Shown here: positions 37,077 through 45,256 of the stretch, one piece after another | Layout of the letters: every line of letters starts with the position of its first letter | Numbering within the stretch: position 1 is the stretch's first letter | Source of the DNA: an uncultured Opitutales bacterium | GTDB taxonomy: Bacteria > Verrucomicrobiota > Verrucomicrobiia > Opitutales > UBA2987 | NCBI GenBank assembly: GCA_964542645.1 | Contig: CAZIUG010000003.1 | Coordinates: 130,501-194,500 of the forward strand | DNA: 64,000 nt | Reading direction: 5' to 3' | Translations under genes and position numbers: made by a program | Notes under the pieces: model-generated | What the model was told of the DNA's origin: nothing | Database searches by the model: none | Seen by the model: only the letters and a program-made list of their open reading frames with translations

Positions 37077-38183
37077 CTAGAAGATGGGTACATCTCCTTG
37101 AAAAGCTTTGCATGCTTGCGCAGAGAGTTTTCCACTAGTTTCCATACGATTTACCCAGTGGAACGGTACGCTTTCTGCCCACTTGGCTGGGGCGGCTTTG
37201 GGATCTGGAGTTCGGAATGCCATGAGCAATCCCCAGCGGGTGGGTAATCCCGGGTTACGGTTGCCGACATGGTGCGGCATATGGTGGACAAAGGAAACCA
37301 TGCTTCCAGGAGGCAACGTTAAATGAGCAATTTCCAGCGGTTTGCCCGTGAAAGGATGAATCTTTCCCTTAAGCCAGCCGCTTTTCATTGCATCATCATC
37401 ATCAGGACGCGGGGTGTTCCACTTGTATGGGATACGGTAGAGGTGTGCGCCAGGAATTACCGCGAGTTGCCCTCCGTCCTCGGGAGAGGCACCGTCGGGA
37501 TAGCATAATGTCCGGATGCATTGGAGCTCAAGAAATTTTCGGGTTACCGATTTGTCTGTACCTATGGGATCTTCAACCTCATAGCGCCCGTCTCGATATT
37601 GGTGTGCATGCCAGGTTCTTCCAGATCCGGACGCCCGGTTGAGCACGAAACAGTGATCTAACACGAATCGATTGCCGAGTAGCTTGCTGAAGAGTTTTTT
37701 CATCTGCGGGTGAGCCGTGATGACTTCGAGAGTGAAGTCATCATAGCAAAAAGGAGAATATTCTGGCATAATTCCCTGTGACTCAAATCCTCGAGTGACG
37801 AGGGAAGAGCCGGGGCCGTGGAGGCCGTGTTTATGCATGTAGCCACGACATTCGGCAGTCCTGAGAAACTGAGGCATCTGCTCTGATCCACCACAGCATC
37901 CGTCAAGAAACTCCGGCGTGATTTGTTCTGGGGGAGGGGGCGGCAGGTCTATACTTGGAAAATCGATTGAAGCCCAGTCTGTATCCACCAGGACACGGTC
38001 ATTCATGCTTTGCAGTTTCTTAAGGCTCTCCGTCCACCGTTGGCGGCCGGTGTTGGTCAGTATCCCTTCCCAGACCCAGTATCCTTCCTGTTCGAAGGCA
38101 GTACGATCAAAAGCGTCAAGGACTTCGGTCCGTAGAAGATCGGTTACGCTACGGGCAGGAAAAGACTTATCAGGTGCATTCAT
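37077..38183 (-). CDS. Divergent PhyH-like oxygenase-fold protein (W-H-A-H in place of W-H-x-D)
   Basis: 368 aa with FEQEGYWVWEGIL, TWHAHQY, LAVIPGAH and MPHHVGNRN, arranged as in PhyH proteins. It carries a long insertion containing DGCCGGSEQ and AECRGYMHKHGLHGPG. Confidence 0.55.
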   Translation of the reverse strand: MNAPDKSFPARSVTDLLRTEVLDAFDRTAFEQEGYWVWEGILTNTGRQRWTESLKKLQSMNDRVLVDTDWASIDFPSIDLPPPPPEQITPEFLDGCCGGSEQMPQFLRTAECRGYMHKHGLHGPGSSLVTRGFESQGIMPEYSPFCYDDFTLEVITAHPQMKKLFSKLLGNRFVLDHCFVLNRASGSGRTWHAHQYRDGRYEVEDPIGTDKSVTRKFLELQCIRTLCYPDGASPEDGGQLAVIPGAHLYRIPYKWNTPRPDDDDAMKSGWLKGKIHPFTGKPLEIAHLTLPPGSMVSFVHHMPHHVGNRNPGLPTRWGLLMAFRTPDPKAAPAKWAESVPFHWVNRMETSGKLSAQACKAFQGDVPIF

Positions 38184-38393
38184 GATACTGTTTCGATGTT
38201 ACGATTAGATTTGTAGAGAATTACCTAATTCCCTATTTCATTTCAATCTTAGCGACTTACTCTAGCCCTGTAACGAAAGCAGGAGCGGTGGTCTCTGTCC
38301 CCTCATCTTATAAAAGTCTATTGTTTAGGATTAAATGTTTTCGAGAATGAAATTAATTTTCTACACGCAGCTTCTTCATTACAATTCTTTCGT

Positions 38394-39398
38394 TTATTTT
38401 TCGCACTCGGACGATGAGCAGTCAAAGCTCAGTAGGTTCAGAAAATCATAACTTTCAGCTTCGTAAAGACAAAGGCCTGTTCCGTCCTGAAGGACTGCCA
38501 GGTCAGAATAAGCAGCAAAGCCTGGCTCAAGGACTCTCGCGGCTGACCAATTTTGGCATTCGTCGGTACTTGTCTGCAAAACAAGGGAGGCTCGGCAGTC
38601 GGTTTTGGATGGATGGGTGAGCAGAATGCATCTAGGGTCTAATCTTACGATGCTTCCTTGGCACGAAGGTTCGGGAAGAAAAGGATCGTATTCAACTTTT
38701 GTCCAGGTCGATCCTCTGTCGCTGCTCCGAGCAAAGGCGCGACATTTCCGTCCCTGTCGGCTTCTCATATTCATGTAAACGGAACCGTCCAGCATTTCGA
38801 CAACCTCGCACTCATCCGATGCGTCGGTCGTTAACTTTTCACTCGTCTGCCAGGTTTTGCCATGATCGTCGCTGAAGAAGACTACTGATGACTGAATTTT
38901 GCCCCATTTTGCCGGACGCCAAGTTGCTGGTCCGGGACTTTCGTCGCACCAGGAAGGAATTAATAGCCTACCGCATCTAAGCTGAATTCCGTGGCCAGGG
39001 CCCGTCCCTATGTAAGTCCACGATGTGTCTTTAACGCTATAAGTGATTTCCTGGGGCGGCAACCAGGTTTCGCCCTCGTCTTCACTGCGAGTGATGAAAA
39101 CCTGTTGATTGTCTTTACAGAAGGGCAAGAAAATTGTCCCAGTATCTCGATCGACTACCGGACAAGGGTTGCCACAAGACCGGGTGCCATCAGAAATTAT
39201 TACCTGTTGTGGTCCCCAGGTCTTGCCATTGTTGTCACTCTTTCTCAGGACGATATCTATTTCGTCATCATCATGACCGGTGTGCTTGCGGGCCTCGCAG
39301 AAGGCAAGCACCATACCCTCCGTGCTTACCGTAAGGGCCGGGATGCGATATTGGAAGTATTCGGCATCCCCGGATAAAAATAGAACCTGTGATTCCAT
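38394..39398 (-). CDS. GH33-type exo-alpha-sialidase (complete catalytic signature), no signal peptide
   Basis: 334 aa. It has the YRIPAL (F/YRIP) motif and Asp-boxes SDNNGKTW, SEDEGETW, SDDHGKTW and SSDRGSTW, plus a degenerate STDECQNW. The late Arg pair is in RSRQGRKCRAFARSSD and the nucleophile-Tyr context is AAYSDL. Confidence 0.8.
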   Translation of the reverse strand: MESQVLFLSGDAEYFQYRIPALTVSTEGMVLAFCEARKHTGHDDDEIDIVLRKSDNNGKTWGPQQVIISDGTRSCGNPCPVVDRDTGTIFLPFCKDNQQVFITRSEDEGETWLPPQEITYSVKDTSWTYIGTGPGHGIQLRCGRLLIPSWCDESPGPATWRPAKWGKIQSSVVFFSDDHGKTWQTSEKLTTDASDECEVVEMLDGSVYMNMRSRQGRKCRAFARSSDRGSTWTKVEYDPFLPEPSCQGSIVRLDPRCILLTHPSKTDCRASLVLQTSTDECQNWSAARVLEPGFAAYSDLAVLQDGTGLCLYEAESYDFLNLLSFDCSSSECEK

Positions 39399-39426
39399 CG
39401 GTCGGGATATTCTAAAGATTTCAAGG

Positions 39427-39747
39427 CTATTGGATCACCGAGCGTCCGGTAGGAATCATGCGAGTTACGACGATCTTATCGCGGTGCATCAGTTCACCTA
39501 CTTTCGGGCTTAGATTCTTCGTCCAGTGAGAATCCTCATAGACGGCTTTGTAGAGCCTTTCCTTCTCTGATTCGCTTTCAAAGCGACGGATCCAGATGTA
39601 GAGATTCTTTTCTTCGTCTCCCACAAAGCTTCCCAATATGACCATACCCTTTGCTACCTGGTAGGGAATGATTTCCTTTTCCATAAACTCTACCCATTCG
39701 TCCATCTGCCCATCTTTAATGCTGTATTGTCTTAATTCAAAAAACAT
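39427..39747 (-). CDS. NIPSNAP-family small alpha/beta protein
   Basis: MFFELRQYSIKDGQMDEWVEFMEKEIIPYQ is typical of the NIPSNAP/dimeric alpha-beta barrel family. I prefer ATG 39747, after AAGGAAAG, over TTG 39762. Confidence 0.6.
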   Translation of the reverse strand: MFFELRQYSIKDGQMDEWVEFMEKEIIPYQVAKGMVILGSFVGDEEKNLYIWIRRFESESEKERLYKAVYEDSHWTKNLSPKVGELMHRDKIVVTRMIPTGRSVIQ

Positions 39748-39775
39748 AAGTCTTTCCTTCAATTTTAGTTAATGT

Positions 39776-39801
39776 TGGCATGAGCGATAGTGATCATGCC
39801 A
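39776..39801 (-). terminator. 8-bp-stem hairpin TGGCATGA-n10-TCATGCCA after the PhyH-like gene 39867-40721
   Basis: Perfect 8-bp inverted repeat in the 104-nt gap before the NIPSNAP gene. No U-tract follows on the minus strand, so it is not a classical intrinsic terminator. Confidence 0.25.
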
Positions 39802-39866
39802 GGGTTAGTTTACAAAATTGCAAAACGAACTATCGCCTACCTATGGAATAGGCTGCTGTTCTTCGG

Positions 39867-40721
39867 CTAACTGAGCGTCACGATCTCCTGCATCACAATT
39901 TCTTTGGTTCGGCTGCGGGGTGCAAACTCGATCAACTCCCTGGTTTCGGGAGAAAGCCTTTCGAGGATTTCACTTGGGAAAGGAAATGGCAAATTGTCGC
40001 CTATCGGACCTAAAAATTGCGGAACATAGCGAAGCATGAGAAACCGACGATCACGATTTCGGGGTCGCCAGGTAAGTACCCCATGAGTTAGAAGCTCAGG
40101 GATGATGACTGCATCTCCGGCTTTCGGTGTCAGGTTGAGGACGGAGGGATGTGGATCGGGATCAGCGGTTTCTTTAGTGCTGGCAAAGAATGAATCCGGT
40201 CGTTTGAACGCTCCTTTGTGGGAGCCAGGGATGACAACCAGACCTCCATCACCTGGGAAGACATCAGTCAGATAAAAAAAAACGACGAAATAATCACAGT
40301 AAATAAGGCCATTCTCAACAAAATAGCGGGGGGTTTGTGGCCCCCAATCGTCTCTGGCACAATGTAGAGCGTGAAATTTGGTATCTTCGTGTGTGTTGAC
40401 TGTGAGAGTTCCTTGGGCAAGTCGTGGTTTCAGCCCTGTTAATTCCTTGACGATAGGCCACGTTTTGGGATGAAAAGTCAGAGCTTCCAGTGTCTTGTCA
40501 AATGCGAAACCATGACTGAAATTGCGCCCTTTTGCTTCGAAACTGGAGGGAAGACTTTTGGAAGGTGTATCGATATAGCGCTGGGCTGCTTCCCCTGCAG
40601 CTGTCAACTCCGAACCTTGTAGGGCTCCCTCAAGAAAGAGATACCCTGAGGTGTCGAAAAAGTAGCGTTGTTCAGAAGTCATCATCACGAATGCCTGGAT
40701 AGGGAGGTTGATTTGGTTCAC
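39867..40721 (-). CDS. PhyH-family oxygenase-like protein with a non-canonical metal motif (H-C-A), paralogue of 18153-19022
   Basis: 284 aa with YFFDTSGYLFL, KFHALHCARDD, GGLVVIPGSHKG, LLTHGVLTW and RRFLMLRY. The spacing from H-x-x-H to PGSH is the same as in 18153-19022. Confidence 0.7.
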   Translation of the reverse strand: MNQINLPIQAFVMMTSEQRYFFDTSGYLFLEGALQGSELTAAGEAAQRYIDTPSKSLPSSFEAKGRNFSHGFAFDKTLEALTFHPKTWPIVKELTGLKPRLAQGTLTVNTHEDTKFHALHCARDDWGPQTPRYFVENGLIYCDYFVVFFYLTDVFPGDGGLVVIPGSHKGAFKRPDSFFASTKETADPDPHPSVLNLTPKAGDAVIIPELLTHGVLTWRPRNRDRRFLMLRYVPQFLGPIGDNLPFPFPSEILERLSPETRELIEFAPRSRTKEIVMQEIVTLS

Positions 40722-40761
40722 ACACTTGGACCAGCTTCTCCTCGATCATCACATTGCTGCG

Positions 40762-40776
40762 TTCTTGCCACAAGAA
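40762..40776. promoter_or_regulatory. Inverted repeat TTCTTG-CCA-CAAGAA in the divergent promoter region
   Basis: 6+6 arms read directly. It lies between the starts of 39867-40721 (-) and 40918-42501 (+). Confidence 0.25.
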
Positions 40777-40917
40777 TAAACCCTATAAAAATAGAGAGGA
40801 GAGAGCGGGCAGGAACCAATAGGATGAATCAGATTAATCGGGAGGCGTCTAGGTTTTGCACTAGGGAAAGTCGATTAGTTTGACGTAGCGGGAAATGGAA
40901 GAATTATATGAGATTCA

Positions 40918-42501
40918 ATGCTTGTGGGATATGTCAGTGACGAGCGCTATATTGCTCTATCCGAAGTGGCGTTGGAGTTTTGTAACGACACCGGCGTGAC
41001 GCTGGCCCGTTCCAGTGCTTCAGGAGCCGTTTATGCGGACGTTGAGCCAGGGTTCTATCGCGTTACTTTGGCACGGGATGGATTTGGAGCCAAGTTCGTG
41101 GAGGTAGAAGTTTCGGAGGATAAGCCCTACCAGTTTCGTCTTTTGAGGGACTGCTTGATGGGTTACATGTGGCCAAAGTGTGTGCAATCTGGAGAGAGCT
41201 CAGAATTCCGGGTACATTCTTATGAGCAGTATAAGCTCGAGTTTTGGCGATACGGGTTGGAAAAGGAGTTGGTGCGGCCGATTGGGTGGTACGATGAGCA
41301 TGGCCCAAGAGCTACAGTGCAAATTACACCGGATGGAGATTATACTCAGCAAGGAGTGCAATGGAACCAGGTTGGCTACACAAGCCCACGGCATAAACAA
41401 TTTCTCATCGGACCGGAGAAATCTGGCCTTTACTATCTGCATGCGAAAACGGAAAGCGGGTGCTTTTTCTCTTTCCCTTGGGTGGTAGCCCCGCGGCGCC
41501 CAAAGGCAAAAGCAGCGGTACTAGCCTCGGATATCAATTGGAATTGCTACAACAATTTCGGTGGGCGCAGTAACTACATCCATCCCGACAAGATGCCATC
41601 GACGCCGACGATTAACTCCCGGTTGGAACTTAAACGCTATACGGATCCTGAGCATTTTCATTATCATTCTGAAGAATATCTCCCTCTTTCATTTGATCGT
41701 CCGGAGCCGATCAATCACGTGCCCGAAGAAGTGACGATTATGGATCCTATCGAGGGCCGATCACCCAACCACATTGCCCCGGCTGAGTGGCGTTTACTTG
41801 GCTGGTTAGAACGGGAAGGGTTTGATTATGACGTGTGGTCAGAAACGCAATTTCACTTTGGGAAACTCGACCTCGACAATTACAAGGTCCTGATACTTGG
41901 ACCCCATCCGGAGTATTGGTCTGCGAAGATGTATTTCGAATTGAAAGACTGGGTGTTCAACCGAGGAGGACGATTGATGTACCTCGGTGGGAACGGGTTG
42001 AATTGCGAGGTCGAATTTCTCGATGAGTCAACCATTGTAGTGCACAATGGACACAGCAGGCGAAAATATGAGGAGAGTTATGAAAGTCGTTTCCACATGC
42101 GACAAGAGTCGGAAGCCAATTTGCTTGGAGTTGTGTACACGCAGACAGGAATCATGACGGCTGCTCCGTATCGGGTTGTGGATGGAAAACATTGGGTTTT
42201 CGAGGGGATGAGGTTTAAGAATGGGGATCTCTTTGGGGAAGAATCTCTTCATATGCGGGTTCCAGGCGGTGCATCTGGACATGAGACAGATAAGATTTCA
42301 TCAAGATTCTCTCCTTCCAATGTACACTTGCTGGCGAAAGGAACTAATCCTGATGAAGGCGGTGCGGAGATGGTATTGCATGAAAGGGTGGGAGGCGGGG
42401 CGGTTTTTTCGACGGGCTCGATTACTTACCTGAGTTCGATCTTGGTGAGTGAGGCGACCTCAAAGATAACGGCAAACGTATTAAGTAGGTTTCTGGGCTA
42501 G
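40918..42501 (+). CDS. N,N-dimethylformamidase beta-subunit-like / class I glutamine-amidotransferase-like fold protein, function unknown
   Basis: 527 aa. The N-terminal beta-sandwich segment reads GYVSDERYIAL...YRVTLARDGF. The segment VLASDINWNCYNNFGGRSNY and the C-terminal GGGAVFSTGSITY recall DMFase large-subunit homologues. This rests on memory of the family, not on a search. Confidence 0.4.
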   Translation: MLVGYVSDERYIALSEVALEFCNDTGVTLARSSASGAVYADVEPGFYRVTLARDGFGAKFVEVEVSEDKPYQFRLLRDCLMGYMWPKCVQSGESSEFRVHSYEQYKLEFWRYGLEKELVRPIGWYDEHGPRATVQITPDGDYTQQGVQWNQVGYTSPRHKQFLIGPEKSGLYYLHAKTESGCFFSFPWVVAPRRPKAKAAVLASDINWNCYNNFGGRSNYIHPDKMPSTPTINSRLELKRYTDPEHFHYHSEEYLPLSFDRPEPINHVPEEVTIMDPIEGRSPNHIAPAEWRLLGWLEREGFDYDVWSETQFHFGKLDLDNYKVLILGPHPEYWSAKMYFELKDWVFNRGGRLMYLGGNGLNCEVEFLDESTIVVHNGHSRRKYEESYESRFHMRQESEANLLGVVYTQTGIMTAAPYRVVDGKHWVFEGMRFKNGDLFGEESLHMRVPGGASGHETDKISSRFSPSNVHLLAKGTNPDEGGAEMVLHERVGGGAVFSTGSITYLSSILVSEATSKITANVLSRFLG

Positions 42502-42533
42502 AGCGATTTGTTTTGGTATATTCTGATGAAAAC

Positions 42534-44123
42534 CTACCACTCTTTTTCTGTTTTATACGGGTCAGGATCGTCGATCGAGTGCGTGAAGCGAAAGGAGAAT
42601 AGTTCTGCATTTCGAAGATGTATTCGCAACTTCCGCCAATAGAGATCCTGCCCCCTCCCTGTCGGGATCCTAGGATTGCTCTTCCAGGTCATGGTATGGT
42701 GAGTAGAGTCCCCGACGAAGGGATCGCACGCTTCCTTTGTGCAGGAACCAAGAACCTTATTATCCCGATCAAGGATCTCTATTCGGATGGAACCGTTTAA
42801 ATAGCAGCGGCCATTAATCGCAAGCCGGCTCCCCAAGCTGATGAGGGGACGTGTAATCACTACACCTTCTCGGTAACGGTTGGCAAAGAGCCCGGCGTAG
42901 CTGTCTTTGCGCATTTTTGCCAACCCCATACCAAAGGCTGCGCCACATCCCAACGGGTCTTTTGCTTCCGGGTGGTCGATGCCTTCACGCTGTCCGACTA
43001 ACCACCAGTCATGATGGAAATCGGTGCCACTATAGTAAAACCATAGCTCCTCATCGACTTCGATCGGAGGGTTGACAATTGTTACCATGTGGGAATCCCA
43101 GCAGTTCTCGTGGCTTCGAGCCAGAAAAGGTTGTCCCTTCATGGTTCGTCTCCATCGCAAACCATCGCGGCTGTGAAACAGCTGTACGTCCATCACGTTA
43201 TCAACAGCTTGAAAAACACAGAGAGGAGCGAGATATTGGGTCCCAATCCGATAGGGCACCATTCCATAGAAGGATTCGTCGATATTATCTATGTCCTCAT
43301 CTGCTGTCGCCAATAGAACTGGCTCGCTCCAATGCAGGAAATCGGCACTTCGAATTTGCCAGATGCGTCGTTGTGAGTATGTAGAAAAGTTGTCGGGCTC
43401 AAAGGGGCGTGAGAATGTTTCATTGCGGTTAAAGTGGGTACGAGTTGCGCCAGCTGTCATTAGGAAGTGTCGTGTGTAGGCAACATACTCTCTAGCTTCC
43501 CAATCATAGCCAACGATATGGACATCACAGAGTCGAGGCCCAGCATTGCCTACACAGGGGAGATCATCGTAGATTTGCCATTGAATTCCATCTGGGGAAT
43601 AGGCTGCTACGATCTGACGGTTGCTATTTTGATTCCACATCCGGGTGAACAGCCCCTTAAAGCGCTCGGCTTCTGAGTTTGGAAAGGGATCTTCAACGAC
43701 GGTGAGGCCGTGAGCGCTTGATTTGGAATTACCGAGAACGATATTGGTTTTACGGCCGGTAGTGGAGGTTCGGCCGATCTCCGGCTTTTCCCAAACTATA
43801 CCGTTCGAACTTACCGCGTAGCACATACGGCTCTCAAGCCCGAGTTGCATTTTACTACCATCAGGTTCTCCAACAAGGATCTCATACCAACACTTGAAGA
43901 GGCCGTCCTGAGTGTCACGGATTACCGTGTAGTTGGCACAACCAAAGTAGGGCAATCCCTCCCAGTCTTCAGTTTTTTTGATCAGCGGACCGGTATCGTA
44001 ACGCTCTGGGGTATGCCACAAACGGGTGACATCGGTCACGGATTCCAAGATTACGTTATCTACGAAGATCTGGATCCTATCTGCAACGTAGAGTTGGGTG
44101 CTGTCCTTGAAAAGTTCGTTCAT
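42534..44123 (-). CDS. Five-bladed beta-propeller glycoside-hydrolase-like protein (GH43/GH130-like) plus C-terminal beta-sandwich, specificity unknown
   Basis: 529 aa. The N-terminus reads IFVDNVILES...RLWHTPERYDTGPLI...DWEG...VIRDTQDGLFKCWYE. Blade motifs recur: SSNGIVWEKP, YSPDGIQWQ, SADFLHWSEP, HSRDGLRWRR. No signal peptide. Confidence 0.4.
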   Translation of the reverse strand: MNELFKDSTQLYVADRIQIFVDNVILESVTDVTRLWHTPERYDTGPLIKKTEDWEGLPYFGCANYTVIRDTQDGLFKCWYEILVGEPDGSKMQLGLESRMCYAVSSNGIVWEKPEIGRTSTTGRKTNIVLGNSKSSAHGLTVVEDPFPNSEAERFKGLFTRMWNQNSNRQIVAAYSPDGIQWQIYDDLPCVGNAGPRLCDVHIVGYDWEAREYVAYTRHFLMTAGATRTHFNRNETFSRPFEPDNFSTYSQRRIWQIRSADFLHWSEPVLLATADEDIDNIDESFYGMVPYRIGTQYLAPLCVFQAVDNVMDVQLFHSRDGLRWRRTMKGQPFLARSHENCWDSHMVTIVNPPIEVDEELWFYYSGTDFHHDWWLVGQREGIDHPEAKDPLGCGAAFGMGLAKMRKDSYAGLFANRYREGVVITRPLISLGSRLAINGRCYLNGSIRIEILDRDNKVLGSCTKEACDPFVGDSTHHTMTWKSNPRIPTGRGQDLYWRKLRIHLRNAELFSFRFTHSIDDPDPYKTEKEW

Positions 44124-44311
44124 GGGGCTTCTTTAGGGCCAGTAGATAATTTGAAGAAAAAGATCGTTTATGGGAAGTGCATCTGCCAATTTTGAGCCGG
44201 ATCAATCGGGGTTGAAATTTAATCTGAATAGTTCATATTCCCGTGTCCAGGGAAGTGCCCAAATTTCGTCCTACTACCCAAATCAACTATATAATTCCCA
44301 GACAAACAGCT

Positions 44312-45151
44312 ATGACAGTAAATCGATTATCTCGAGAACAAAGTTCGTTTTTCGACACATTTGGGTTTCTTTCCCTTCCCGGTTTCATGGCCGATGACAT
44401 AGGAGAAATAACTGATGCCTTTGAGGAGGTTTGGGCTGAGCGCGGTGGAGGGCATCATGGGCAACCCCACGATGGCAAAAACAGATCCTGTATCGTCCCC
44501 TTCATAGACCAGCATGAACGGCTTTGTGCCCTCCTAGACGATCCCCGTATTGAAGGACTTCTGTGCAGTCTTTTAGGAGATGATTTCAACTACATGGGCT
44601 CCGATGGCAATTACTACGCAGGCGATACGCAGTGGCACTCCGATGGTTACACGAAAACTATTCGCCATACCAAGATTGCCTTTTACCTTGATTCGCTTAC
44701 AAGAGACACCGGATGTCTCCGGGTGATTCCGGGTAGCCATCGGCTTGGGGAAGGGTACTCTGAAGTCCTAGAAGGTGAAGTTCGTGATTCAAAAGATCGT
44801 TGGGGTGTAAGAGGGGAAGAGGTTCCGGCTGTGGCCTTTGAAACGAAGCCAGGTGATATATTAATCTTTCAGCATAATCTGAAGCACGCTGCTTTTGGTG
44901 GTGGAGGGCGACGTCGTATGTTTACCATCAATTGTTGCCAGCGGTTTGGACAAGATCAGATCCATCTTCTAAAGAAGGATATTGCAGCCCGTGCTCGGTT
45001 CTGGGTAGATCGGAACTACGGCGAGAAGATGATCGCGACGGCAAATGAGCGTCGGATGGTCCATTTGGAGCAAGTCATGGCGAATGACAGTCACCTGGCG
45101 GAACTTAGCGCTAGGAGTCGTGAGGAAATGGTGGAGCCATCTAGGGGATAG
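44312..45151 (+). CDS. PhyH-family Fe(II)/2-oxoglutarate dioxygenase (canonical triad)
   Basis: Motifs FFDTFGFLSL, QWHSDGY, LRVIPGSHRLG and NLKHAAFGG. I prefer ATG 44312 (MTVNRLS) over the extended track start at 44243. Confidence 0.8.
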   Translation: MTVNRLSREQSSFFDTFGFLSLPGFMADDIGEITDAFEEVWAERGGGHHGQPHDGKNRSCIVPFIDQHERLCALLDDPRIEGLLCSLLGDDFNYMGSDGNYYAGDTQWHSDGYTKTIRHTKIAFYLDSLTRDTGCLRVIPGSHRLGEGYSEVLEGEVRDSKDRWGVRGEEVPAVAFETKPGDILIFQHNLKHAAFGGGGRRRMFTINCCQRFGQDQIHLLKKDIAARARFWVDRNYGEKMIATANERRMVHLEQVMANDSHLAELSARSREEMVEPSRG

Positions 45152-45256
45152 GTAGTCTGGTCCAAAAATGGAGACTTGGGGAACAGGAGAGAAGACGATA
45201 CGCAATGGGCGCCTGAGGCCCATAGGCTGAATGTATTGAGAAATTGCAAAAACTTG

